64,000 bases of DNA from Minutocellus sp. GHC0000111 (Eukaryota): the NCBI GenBank assembly GCA_977018835.1, contig OZ361256.1, positions 4,774,001 through 4,838,000 on the forward strand. The letters are read 5' to 3'. Of this stretch, positions 45,914 to 58,208 are shown one piece after another. Positions within the stretch are counted from its first letter, which is position 1; every line of letters starts with the position of its first letter. The position numbers and the translations under genes are program-made. Below the pieces are notes generated by a model. That model saw only the letters and a program-made list of their open reading frames with translations, had not been told where the DNA came from and ran no database searches.

Positions 45914-45970
45914 AAATTACGAACTCGTAGAGTAGCACCAACCTAATGCTAAAACTAACTAACTACTGAG

Positions 45971-46107
45971 CCTCACCCTCTAAGAAGTTTCATTTACCGC
46001 CAATGCCAGCTCCAGTTCACGTAGTTAAACTGCATTTCATGTTCTACTAAGTTGCATAGAGTTGGGAGAATCAGCGGAGGGAGGCACTGTGTTCGATGTA
46101 TCATCGT
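45971..46107 (+). repeat. Terminal repeat B (5' end of the element)
   Basis: Inverted copy at 38141-38275 and partial direct copy at 37090-37167. Confidence 0.95.
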
Positions 46108-46641
46108 GTGGGTGTGCGTGGAGCCAAGCTGTACGTACACCACAGCCCGTATACGACATACCGATACCGCTACCGCATGCCGCGGCGCAAGGCAAGCGGC
46201 CCCGGGCATAACAAGCTCGAAGGCAGCCAACCTGCTCATTCGCCGCGGCTGCGTGCGTGGCTCAGAGCAGAGATAGTCAACAACCCAATTGTACGGCACG
46301 CACAGTAAATGCGAGGGGGGCGGATACCTGCTCTTCATTCGCAGCACATTTTGTGACCGATAGACGGTGGCTTTGGCGCGCCCGCGCCGAACCGACGAAC
46401 AAATAAACAATTCCCCGCGCTCAGACATATTAGTCCGCCGGTAGTCCGACTCCCGCTGCTGCTCCCAGCATAGGGAGAAGATACTCGTAACACAGACTTT
46501 TCGTTCCGAATCTGCGACAGTTTTGATCGAGCTGTTCATTCCGGGTTGGGTGGATCCGAAAGCCGCGGCGGGCGCGCGAAGGAATAACAAAAGTTCTCGG
46601 GCGGCCGGCACCTTACACACAATCTCCTCGTTTCTTCCAAC

Positions 46642-49600
46642 ATGTCTCCCCCAACCAACAACGACGGGGACGATGCCCCCGACAGTGGCAGTGTCATGCC
46701 TCAAGATTTTCCAGGAGTTTCGGTCGCGGCGGCATCTCCGGCTCACGAACCAAGCCCGTTGGCGGAACATGAAGACGCTGCGATAGCACGGGCCGCAGCG
46801 TCGACTGCTGGATCCCACGGTACCAACGTCGCCGGTGGTGGCGGCGGCGGCATTCCAGGACAAAAACGATCGTCTATATTGAAAAAGCCCGGGGCTGCTC
46901 CATCGGGGAAGCGTGCGTCCATCAACTTGGGCGAACTCGAGCCACGGGAGTGCCTCGCGAAGGGAGGGACGGCAACCCAATCGGCCTCGGCATCGGGCGG
47001 TCTGCATCTACCTCCTGGAGGAGGGGATAGCAGTAGCAGTGTTGCGGCGTCGACGGATAGCTACGAGCGAAAGAAGAGACAAACGATGGACCTTGGATTC
47101 CTAGGAGGGAGAAAATCGAGAGCAGGTCACATAAGCGACCAAGACGCATCGGCGCGGACGGAACCACCCCCTAGGAAGCGAACGTCCGGCTCCATGGGAC
47201 TCGGCTTCTTCCGTTACAGAAGTCAGCATACCAGTGGCGCTGATTGGTCCGAATCAGAAACGGAAAGCGCACCGGCATCTAGGAATTACTCGGGATCGCA
47301 TGCGTACAATCACCACCGGACCCGATCGGCAACGTCGCTGGCTTCGTCTGCTGCAAGCGGAAGTTCTCGGGGGTCCTTGACCGGTGGCGTTCGGACCTGC
47401 TTCTGCCCGCAGATCCCACCTGCTGCCATGGACTGGATCAATCATCGCTTGATCAATACGAGGGTGTGGAATGGATTCACCATCTTATTTACGGTCGTTC
47501 TTTTGTTCGGAACGCAGATTCAGGATCTCTGGTGTCCAAAATCGTCCGATGTTGCCTTCGATGTTCTATTTACATGTTCCTTCATTTTTCTGATTTTTGA
47601 TGTCCTCCTACGTTCAGTGGCCGACCCATCCTACTTTATCTTTACTGTTGGAAGGCGCGATTTTCGTTCCCTGGACGGAGAGTCTGCTTTTGTCCGATCT
47701 GATGCACTGTGTGGATTTCACACATGCCTCCAAATAGGATCCTTCATGTTCTGGTGCGATTTGTTGAGCACTTTGTCACTCCTCTGGGATATCAGCTATA
47801 TTGGCGGGCTTCGGACTTCTATGGTCATGGTAGACATAGAGATTGATGAACTCGGGGTTCCGGTAAGTGACGGCGCTAAATAGGACGGTGCCTTAGTATT
47901 TTTTCTGTTTATGTGCCCTTACCACCACATTTCTTCCCCTTCTTGTATCGCTACGCAGATCGAGGGCATTGGGACTCTCAACGAGCGCTCTCCGGTGCAA
48001 ATTATGGACGTGCTTGTGATTGAAATCATCATTGCCATCTTGCGTACACTTCGGGTATCTCGCTTTATCAAAACATCAGCTGTTGTGAAAACCTCGTCCA
48101 AGGTGAATTGGTATTGGCTGCCTGATCGTCTCAGCCCTAGTTTCTGGTTTCGCAAATGCTTTGGTAAGGGAAACAAAAAAGCAACTGGTGAAGGCGGCAT
48201 CCTTGCCGAGCTTTCCGACAGTGCACCATTGGATCTCAATAATAGTTTAACGATGACGATGAGGAGCTCGGCCATGTATTCCAAGAGCAGACGTGCGTCC
48301 TTCTCCTCTACTGGTTCGGGCATGTACGAAGAAGGACGAGGAGTTGGCTTCGCGGTCAATACATTCATAAATAGGTTTGGCGCCCAAAATCGCCGCATCA
48401 AAGAATTTGAGAGGCAAAGGGCGGCAACGAAAATCCAGCGTGCTTGGAGAGAGTATTGCGAAATTACTGGGAAGAACGCCCGTCGGAGTAAGAATGTTAG
48501 CGCGGCCGTAAGCAAGAAGTCATCCAAACTTGAGTCGGCGAAAAAATTGGTGTTACTGCGCTCTCGGTCATCGAATGCAAGTGCAACCCCGAAAGATATT
48601 GAGGCAATGAAAGAGTCCCAGGTTGGTAGTGCCATGCGAGAATTGACGGGACAGCGTGTCGTGATTGGGATTGTTGTTGCTCTTGTCTTGACGGTCCTTT
48701 TTACCTACACTGAGATCAATTCAACCGCCTTTTCGACTATGGCCGTGCTCCACGAGCAAACACAATACACTGCGTATCGAAACATTTCACTTGATGCTGC
48801 ACGAAAGAGTGCAGTTCCAGAGCTATTCAGCTACGAAGATACAAATGGGTTCATAACCACCTACCCATTGGCCGATGGAATGAATCCAGGAGACCTTCGT
48901 CCTCGGGAGATATTGAACATTTCAATTACCGATGTAGAAAATGCGACGACCGTTGGCCTTTTTGACATGAGACAAATGAAAAAGGATGGGGCCCTTGTTG
49001 AGCTTATTGATACAATTTTCATCCTCATTATTTGGTTCTTTGGCGTGACGGCATTTGCTGGGCCAGTCATGACTTTGGTCGTTACTCCCATCGAACGGAT
49101 GATCCGTCTCTTGTCAATGCTTGTGAAGGACCCGCTCGGATATCAAGGAACGTCACGATATAAGAAGTTTGTTTTGGAGGAAGATCATTACACCAAGAAC
49201 ACTCGATGGACGAAAGATGTGCTCAAGGGAATGGAAACATCATTCCTCATGTCGACCATATTGCGAATTGGATCGCTCATGAAGGTTGGCTTTGGTGCCG
49301 CTGGAGTGGAAATTATCCGAAATAATCTGGCCAAAGGCGAATCGAAGGATGGCTTGGTGCTGAACACACAGGGCACCACAGTACAGTGTATCTTTCTGTT
49401 TTGTGACATTCGGCAATTCACAGACGCCACCGAGTCCCTCCAAGAGGAAGTGTTTGTATTTACGAACAAAATTGCATCCGTCATACATTCCATATGCAAC
49501 TCATATGGTGGTTCGGCCAACAAAAATGTTGGAGATGCCTTCTTGATGAGCTGGTTATTGAGCGATGAAAAATCTGATAGTGGAGCGACGCGACGTAGGT

Positions 49601-50805
49601 CATCTTTTGGCGCAAGGAACAATCGCGGGCCAAATCGACTCACGAGGAGCCAGATTAAGGCCGACTCAGCTCTCTTGGCTGTGGTCAAGATATCCATCGC
49701 ACTCTACTACGATAAATTCTTCCTTGAAGATATGACCGAAACCAAACGAGGCAGACTCATGAAAAAAATTGCAAAGAGGATGGGTCCGGTAGTTCAGATG
49801 GGGTTCGGTCTGCATTGCGGAAAGGCTGTCCAGGGCGCCATCGGCACGCAAAGGAAGCTCGATGCAACGTATGTGTCAGATGCTGTAGAGTTCGCTGAGT
49901 CTCTGGAATCATCTACAAAGCAGTTCAAGGTCAACATGCTCATGTCGGATGCCTTCGAGGAACTCCTCAGCCCGCAGGTGCAACGCCGATGTCGCAAGGT
50001 TGATCAAATTCTCATCTTGGAAGACGACATGGACCCCGACGATCCGGATCTTGTTGAGATCGCCGAGAAGGTCGATTTGTATACCTACGATATGGACATT
50101 GATGAACTTTGGAGACATAGGGCACGGGTCCGAGCAGCTGCCATGCGTTTTGGTGGCGCTCTCGATGCTGGCACCACTCACAGCAGCCCCGAGTTTCCCG
50201 GAAGTGGTGACGTCAGTAGTAGCTTCCGACCAGGTTCGTTACATGTGACAAGTTCTGCCCGATCAAGACGAGATATCTTTGGCGGCAAGAAGGGCGGCGG
50301 CGGCGCCGGTGGTGGAACGTCCGACGGACAAGCAACTGGCCCTGCACCCCCGCCCAGGCTAATGGGGCGGAGGCGGACGAGCCTTTTGATGGGCCGACCA
50401 AAGCAGAACGTGCCGGCGGCGAATCTAACAGGGAGTGTAATGGGATTGGGCGGTGATGGTGCGATGCTTCCCAGCGATGGCATTGAATATGGCCTCAACG
50501 AACGAGGAGTGCCAATCAACATGCCCGACCTTACCCTACCATCCGGCAGGACGCGGTATATCCTCTCCAGTTGGAACTCGGAGGACATGAGGATAATTCG
50601 CAAGAGATATTCCGAGGGCTTGTTCTTCCCACAATTCAATGCAGCCCTGCAGGCTTACTACGCCAGGGATTGGGACAGAGCAGGAGAAACTTTTGCCATC
50701 ATTCTCGACCGCTTTGAGGATGGTCCGTCTCGACACTTCCTCAATCAAATTCAGGCCCACGATGGCGTGCCGCCACGCAAATTCATCGGCTACAACGTGG
50801 TTTAG
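46642..50805 (+). CDS. Membrane class III nucleotide cyclase with an ion-channel-like TM region and an IQ motif
   Basis: In-frame intron at 47863-47958. TM helices, LRTLRVSRF, IQ motif AATKIQRAWREY, and cyclase motifs FCDIRQFT, ANKNVGDAFL and MGFGLHCG...GAIG. Confidence 0.85.
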
Positions 50806-51309
50806 TTCTTCTACACATAGGAATTTACTACACATACATTTGTGCTTTATACTGGGTAGAGTCACAAGCACAGTAGCTACCAGGCACGTACACTTGTAGT
50901 AGATAGAGGGCTACCGGTGACGTCGGTAGGAATCCTACCTAATGGTGCTGCCAAGTAGGAATTCCTCTAGCTAGATCTACATTCGTGTACCGGTCGGTAC
51001 ATGTAGCTACTGTACCTGGTAGACTACCAATTGTCACGTACATTTAGGAATGAATTCTAGTCTACAGTAGATCTAACCTCCTGATCTCATCTCATAATGA
51101 TCCTCTAGATGAGGTATTTTCGATACTTTTGAGGAGAATGTCGAATTTCATATGCCTTTCTGCAATGACCCCTCAACAGCGGACAGACGAAGCGGAGCTT
51201 TGATGACGCGACGCGGCCGGCAACGCAAAGCGGCAAAGCAAGGCAACTGATGATTTCCGGCCCAACGGCCTCCGTTCCATTCTTTGCCATCAAAACCGAA
51301 GCAGCAACC

Positions 51310-54300
51310 ATGGCGCTAAATAGGGTGCGAGGCCGAGCGCAGATGAGTGCTAGTCCCTCCTCCGAGGCATTGGACGTGGTATCTGACCATCAGGCTGCCC
51401 TCATGGTCGCAGGAAGGCCGGTCACGATCATCTGTAATGTCTCCGGACGCTTGTCGTCCGCTCGGTCCCACCAAAGAGACGTTGCCTGCCACCTCGCTCA
51501 CTGCCGCCGCCGGCGGCATCACCGACACCGGTATTATCGGAACCAAAGGGTGCACAATAAAGCCTCTATCCTTGTTCCGCTGGTATTGGCTGTGGTGATG
51601 GGGCCGCTTGGGCCGCCTCTGACTCGTCCCAGTACCGGTCATTCTTCCCGTGCGCTAACCGCTCGTCTTGGTCTTGCCCATGCCCAGGATGTGTTCGACC
51701 GGCCACAGTTCACCAACGCCAACCCAGAACCTTTCTCGTTGGAGAATCCCGATGGCACGACGACTCCGCCCATCACGCTCATTGGGTCTCCGCATTACTA
51801 TCGAATGGAAGACGAAGAGGGCTACACGATTTTGGTGGACCCTGAAGATGGCTTCGTGAAATATGCAGACATTGATGGGCAAAGTGGCAGATTGGTCCCT
51901 ACAGTTCACAAGGTTGGTGGGGAGGATCCCGATACAGGAGAAAAGGTGGACCCGAAGAAGCTTCGCCTGACTCGGCGTGCTCAGCCCAGTAAAGAGGTTA
52001 TTGCTGCTGACTGTGGCCAATTTTGTATCGACGAGGTCGACTCGAAGGAGGGTCCGCCGAAGGAGAAGCCATCCGGTGGGAAGGGCAAGTGCCGCGGTCT
52101 CATCTGTTCTCTGCTGAATTCGCGAAGGCTATCTGGAAGTTCCTTCGGCAGTGTCGTTGGTTCAATGCTTCGTGGTAGTGGCGCACTGCAAAACGAGGAG
52201 AGGGATAATGTCCTCGAGGACTCCTCCTTAACTGTCGTGACCTTGAGCCGCGAGGAACAGCGCGAGCGCGATTTTGATCTGGCCAGAAGACAGCTTGCAG
52301 CAGAAAGAGAAGACCAACAGCGAAAGCTAAGCGGAGTCAAAGATGGCAAAATGTTGAATTTGGTCATACCTATTCAATTCGCCGACCATCCAAGGGATGA
52401 GCTGCCGCCGGAATCGGTCATTCAAGTAAACGGTCATCAGACTGTGGCACCCACGGGGTCTATCCGGGATGATTTTTACCAGTCTTCTTATGGACAACTA
52501 ACGGTTGCGTGGAGTGTCGCCCCATGGATCAAGCTTCCTCAACCTCAAAAGTATTACGCAGGAGGCAAGAGGGCTTTGTCCCGGCCTTTCAGGAGGCACT
52601 GACGAGTGCCCTGGATTTCCTCGAGAATAATCCGAATTTCTCCTTCAAGGACTTTGACGCCAACAACGACGGTAGAATAGACGCAATCACCTACGTTCAT
52701 TCCGGCTACGGAGCCGAATGGGGGGGACAGGACTGCACCGCATCCAAGTCCGGCGTTGGCGACCGCATCTGGTCACATAAGTGGCGCCTGGCTCCCAAGA
52801 CGTGGACGTCGAAAAAGGACGGAGTCGAGGTGGTTGACTATCACATTTCGCCTGCTCTGCACGGGCGGTGCGGGTATGAGATGGGACACGTTGGGACCAT
52901 CGTTCATGAACTGGGCCACTTTCTAGGTCTGCCAGATTTGTATGGCGGGTGAGTTGTGGAGTTTAGACTAGTCGGCGTTCCGAGCTCAATACGAACTCTT
53001 TATTATTGTCTTCTGATTGCTCGGCTCCATTCAAAATATGGCCAACCTCACTTGCTGAATTTCTACACCATTCCCACTTCATCCTTTGCCTTTACAGAAA
53101 CGCGAATCCGGGCAACGGGGTAAGTTTTATCTATCAGTGCCTGTTTGACAATTATCTATTTTTTTTTTCGTTCCCTTGCGCAAATACATGTAACTCACAC
53201 TTCTATTTCACTTTACGATCGTACCACCTCCCTCATTGAATCCCTTAGATTGGCAATTTTGGTATGATGGGCAATAGGTGAGTGTCCTTTTTACGATGCA
53301 GATGAATAAAGCCTGAGATTCCAACTCACCGAGGTGCTTGGAATGAAAGCTAACAACTCTTATCCCCTCTGTCTTGTTTTGATTTCCATCATCTCTTCTT
53401 TTGGGTACAGTTGGGGATGGGACAGTACTCAACTCTACCCTCCGATCATGTCGCCATGGGCAAAGATGGAAATGGGATGGCTGCAACCGGAAGAAATCAC
53501 AAAATCGGGTCGATACACCCTCTCTCCGAGTGCGGTTAATCCCAAGGCATACAAGGTATCCCAAGGCTTCCCAAATAGAGAGTACATTCTCATCGAGAAT
53601 CGCCAACCTCTCTTATTCGACGAGAAGGAGGAATCGTGATGTGGCATATCGACGAGCTTGCACTTCACAATGTCGAAGGAGGCTACCCAGGCAAGGAGGG
53701 ATGGCCAGAAAGTGGGAAGCACTACCGCGTCAGTTTGATACAGGCAGATGGATCCTACTCACTCGAGCAGGCCAATGGCTGTCCCAAGACATCAAAACCT
53801 ATCCGTCTACAGCCTCATATCAAGGAGGGGTGTTAAAGGCGACCGGATTCCGTGTTTTTGACATTAAAGAAGTCAAAGTCGCCGGCGGTGATACCAACAT
53901 GCAGTTCTCCGTCATGTTTGCAGGACAACCAATGCCTCCCACGGTTGTCCCAACGCAAGCACCTACCTTCGCACAAGTCCAATATAGGACCGAATCAAGG
54001 AACATAATGAGTACCTTCTCTGGGGGGTCGGGCTCATACGGCAACATGTTTGATGTAAAGGCAGTACCTAGGTAAGAGAAGTGACGGTTACGCACATGGC
54101 GATTCATACTAGATATGGACCGTCGGATCCTGCCATGGACATTGAGGTGTACACGAAAAAAGGAACATTCATTGGCAGTGAGTATGGTGCGGCATCGTGG
54201 ACGAAGATATGTTGTTCGGAAAAGATAACAGGTGCGGGATTGGCGAAGCGGACCATGTTGCCGAAATCTGCCTTTTCTTCCGATGTTACAATCGAAGAGG

Positions 54301-56333
54301 GAGAAATTCAAGCTTTTTACGTCACTGGTAAGCAGGCTGACATTCGATATTCCAAAGGCACTGGCATGGTAGGAGATATCTTGAACGGGAACTTAGACAT
54401 TCAGATCCTCAATGGCAATGGTATTGGATTTTATCCCTTTGGCGGGCATGTCGAGAACCGCCCGTGGAACGGTATCATTTTCTACGACACCGAAGTTGCA
54501 ATCACCGGCGGCGACGGAGGAGGAGGAGATGGTCCTCTCGTCGCGGCACCAACAATACCGCCCGTCCCACCGCCGACTCCAGTCCCTCCAACTCCAAGGC
54601 CGCCCACAGCCCCGGCCTCTACTCCCACAGTTCCACCACCGGCACCGACAAACCTGCCACCAACACCGGCATCTTTTGATGGGAACGGAATTGCCTTCGG
54701 TCCAACAAAATCTCTCAAGTCTTCTTCCTTCTCGGGAAACAGTGGCTCATATGGCAACCATTTTGAGATTATTGCCTTCAAGCCCATGGCCATTCGATCT
54801 CTCGACTTTCATACTGATCTTACCGAAGCCACAAGAGTACAGGTATGGACCCGACAAGGGTCCTACATCGGCTACGAACGTGACGCATCGGCGTGGCGGC
54901 AAGTTTGTGATATTGTCGTGACAGGGAAAGGCTACATGAATTTAACTCCCATCCCAGAGCAGTATTTCAGCAACGTTTACGTCGACAAGGGCTCCAAGGT
55001 TTCCTTCTATATCACATTGGAGACGCCAAATTTGCGCTACACAAAGGGAGACACCGGTACGTCCAACGGTGGAATCAACACAGACATTCAAATCTACCCT
55101 GGCGCTGGAGTGGGACGGTATCCGTTCGGCTCAACCTTGGCTCCTCGCAATTTCAACGGCGCCATCAAATATGCAATCGAGTCTGTCCCGACGCAAGCGC
55201 CAACAGCCGAGCCAACGATGAAGCCTGTTCAGGTGCCAACCCAAATGGGGGGCGGTTCTGCTGGCACAGGACCGAGCGGTGGAGCGATGAGAGACCTTCA
55301 GACCACCTTTGCATCGGGAAATGGAGGATACGGTGCATTTTTCGACATTGCCGCCAAACCATCGGCCGATGTAATCGTCAAGACTCTAGACTTTCACACT
55401 GATTTTCCTGGCAGTGTCAAGGTATCAGTCTATACCCTCGAAGGTTCTTATGTGAACAGTAAGTATGATTCGAGTCCATGGAAATTGGTCTGTGAGACGA
55501 CCGTGCAGGGCGCAGGGTATTACTCTCGGACCTCGATACCAGAAGACGCCTTCAAGAGCGTTCATATTGTCAGTGGCCAAGTTCAAGGCTTTTATGTCGT
55601 GTTGGATAAGCCAGCCCTCAGATATAGCGACGCTGCTCCTGTCGGAACCGTATTTGCAGAGGATGATCACATTGAAATCCGAACCGGTGCTGGTGTAGCT
55701 CTAGAGTTTTTCAGTGGGATCTATGAACCTCGAATGTGGAACGGAGCCGTCAAATTCGAGACGATGGGTGCTACATCTACTCCAATGCCAACTCCTCGAC
55801 CTATTTCGGAACCTACAGGCGGGGCTCCTGGATTTCTTGGCACCACGCTGGAGGCTGGGTCAGGATCGTATGGGGTCATTTTTGACTTGGTCATTGCAAA
55901 AGGCAGTCCCGGTGTTCGCGTCGATTCTCTTGATTTTTATACCGACCGGACATATGAATTGACTTTTGAAGTATGGACTACCAAAGGATCTGTCCTGAAC
56001 AAGCCATTCCCTGATGCGAGTTGGGAGCTGATTTCCAGAGCGACACTTTTAGGCGCAGGAAAGAACGAGCTTACGCCAATACCACCTAGTTTTTTTTCAC
56101 CAGTGGCACTTGACCAAGCAACTCCTATTCGAGGCTTTTTAGTGGTGCTAACGACGCCCGATATGAGATATACACCGGACCCGAATGGCAAGTATGCGCC
56201 CTACAAATCAAACGAACACTTTGCAATCATGGTCGGAGATGGCGTTGCTTCATACCCATTCCGTGGAAATACTCGAGGAGCCACAAGCAAGTACAGAATT
56301 TTCAACGGCGTCGTCCGATACACTGAACTTTAA
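51310..56333 (+). CDS. M6 (immune inhibitor A-like) zinc metalloprotease with four C-terminal repeat domains (introns and frameshifts)
   Basis: Motifs LVIPIQFAD, FDANNDGRID, IWSHKW, HELGHFLGLPDLY, MSPWAKMEMGW and EYILIENRQ, with PTxAPT linkers. Confidence 0.85.
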
Positions 56334-56592
56334 TTTCTTAGCGGAGAACGTACCAATGGTAGATAGATTTTACTTATACATGAATGTAAGAAACTACGCA
56401 GTCTAGTAGAGGCAAATCGATTGCATAGGAAATATATGAAGACAGCAAGAATATTACTACTAGATCTACACTAGCTAGAGAAACTCATTTTCATCAATTG
56501 TTCTCTGAAATGAGCCAAGGGAGACTACAGGCGAAAAAAATGCTGCACAGGAATCCCTACGCACGACCGCGCATAAAATAAGATGAATTACT

Positions 56593-57911
56593 TCATTCAA
56601 CTTCTTGTGCGTGTTCTACGGCTGCCGCTTGGAATTTTCCAAGAATATGATACTCGTAGTACCTGTTTTGTGCGGTATGGTGTGATAAATTACAGACACA
56701 TGTGTGTTAGGAACGCGGGACGAAAGAAAAAGGAAACAACACAAATGGATCGACACGATTTGTCGTCAAGTGTCGAAATAAATAGGTCCACTCACCCTGC
56801 ACCCTTTCGAACCTTACAACACGCGCCCCCCTCGTTGGTTATGGCCACATCACGTTTGCGTGATAGTCTCAATAGATTCAAATCGGGCTCCATCACTTGA
56901 ATTCGGACCAAGAGGTCCTTGGTTTTGCGAATTTCTTCTCTCTTTTTTCTGAAGCACATCCCAGGCCTTGAACCGATCCAGCGAGAAGACACCCTGTGAG
57001 TTATAGTTATCCAGCGCGTCGTTGTACTCGGTGGCCAAGTCATCCAGCTTTTGTTCGAGGTCTCGTTTCCGACTGTGACCACGATGAGCAATATCAAAAT
57101 ATCCGCAGGTGAGATAGATCCTACCAGCAGGGCAGGACAAATCGCCTCTATCAACTCGCTCCTCCAACTCAACATAAAGGCGAAGCAGGTCCGTGCCAGC
57201 AGGACCTTCACCACGGCTAATTGTCCAAGCACCATCGCCAAAACGTACATGCTTGGCAGACGATTCAAGTCCTGGACCAAACACTCCATCATTTTGAATG
57301 ACGTGGACACGCTTCCCTCCCCGATCTCCAAGGAAATCTTCCCTGTCTATCACATATTCATCTCTAAATTGGATTTCAAGCTGTAAATTGAGCCGCTGGC
57401 CGGAGACCCCCCAATCAGCTGGCATCCAGGTACCGGGTTCACGGCCAATATCAAGGGCAATCTTCCAATACGTCATCTCCAACGCTCGGTCACTGGCATG
57501 TACTACCGTTTCACTCACATCGATGTTCTTTCGTTGGCTGCTGGACTTGGATGGTGGAGGGATCGTGCCTGTTTCGCCATCACCACTGCTGACAGTCGAG
57601 GCGGAAGAGGACATTGAAGTAGTCGGCGCAGGTGGAGGTGCCAGTGATGAGACCTCGTCGGCCTTGGCGGACACGGCCTCGATCCGAACCAGTGCCTCCT
57701 GGCGCAACTCCTCAATTTCCTTTCTCAACGCATCCAATTCGTCCTCGGTAGTTGCGCCGGTACTAGTAGTCGCCGTGTAAATACGCGTTCGTCGATCAAA
57801 TGAATTTTGATTGATGCCGCTCATAGTATGCGGGACGAATGCCGATGTCAAAGTGGCCCCGAACAAGTAGCCGCCGGCGAAGAATCGGAACCCAAAACCG
57901 AAACGAGACAT
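56593..57911 (-). CDS. Unknown plastid-targeted protein (frameshift near 56945; one intron)
   Basis: Leader ending TSA-FVP. Core IGREPGTWMPADWGVSGQRL. Last exon reads EYHILGKF...VE*. Confidence 0.65.
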
Positions 57912-58208
57912 ACCTTCTTTTTTTTTCTGCGATTCGAGCCGATTCGATCTCCTGTGACCTTGTGGACGCCACAATAAACTATGTGCAGAAACACCAACGC
58001 AAAAGGCACTGCCAGAGGTAACCTGATTGATTAGTGGTGCATTTAGTTTGCAAGTTGCGCCCTATGCCGTTCCGGACGAGCAAATTGCAGAAATTGCAAA
58101 ATGGTATCTTTCCTCTCGAGTTCGATGTGCGACGGCCAGACCCATTGAGCTCATATCCCAATGCAATGCAATCGACCCTTTTACTCGCATTTCTCGTTCC
58201 AAGTAACC

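Larger units (their letters stand above)
36844..46107 (-). mobile_element. Tyrosine-recombinase (DIRS/Ngaro-class) retrotransposon, full length but mutated
   Basis: Gene order ORF0, gag-like, RT, RNase H, YR on the minus strand. Both ends are defined by matches to an internal complementary region at 37886-38275. Confidence 0.93.

Noticed and set aside
45994..47007. 337-aa minus ORF sharing EHEMQFNYVNWS with ORF 37129-37449
   Set aside because: The shared peptide is just repeat B. The ORF crosses the element boundary and is antisense to the cyclase.
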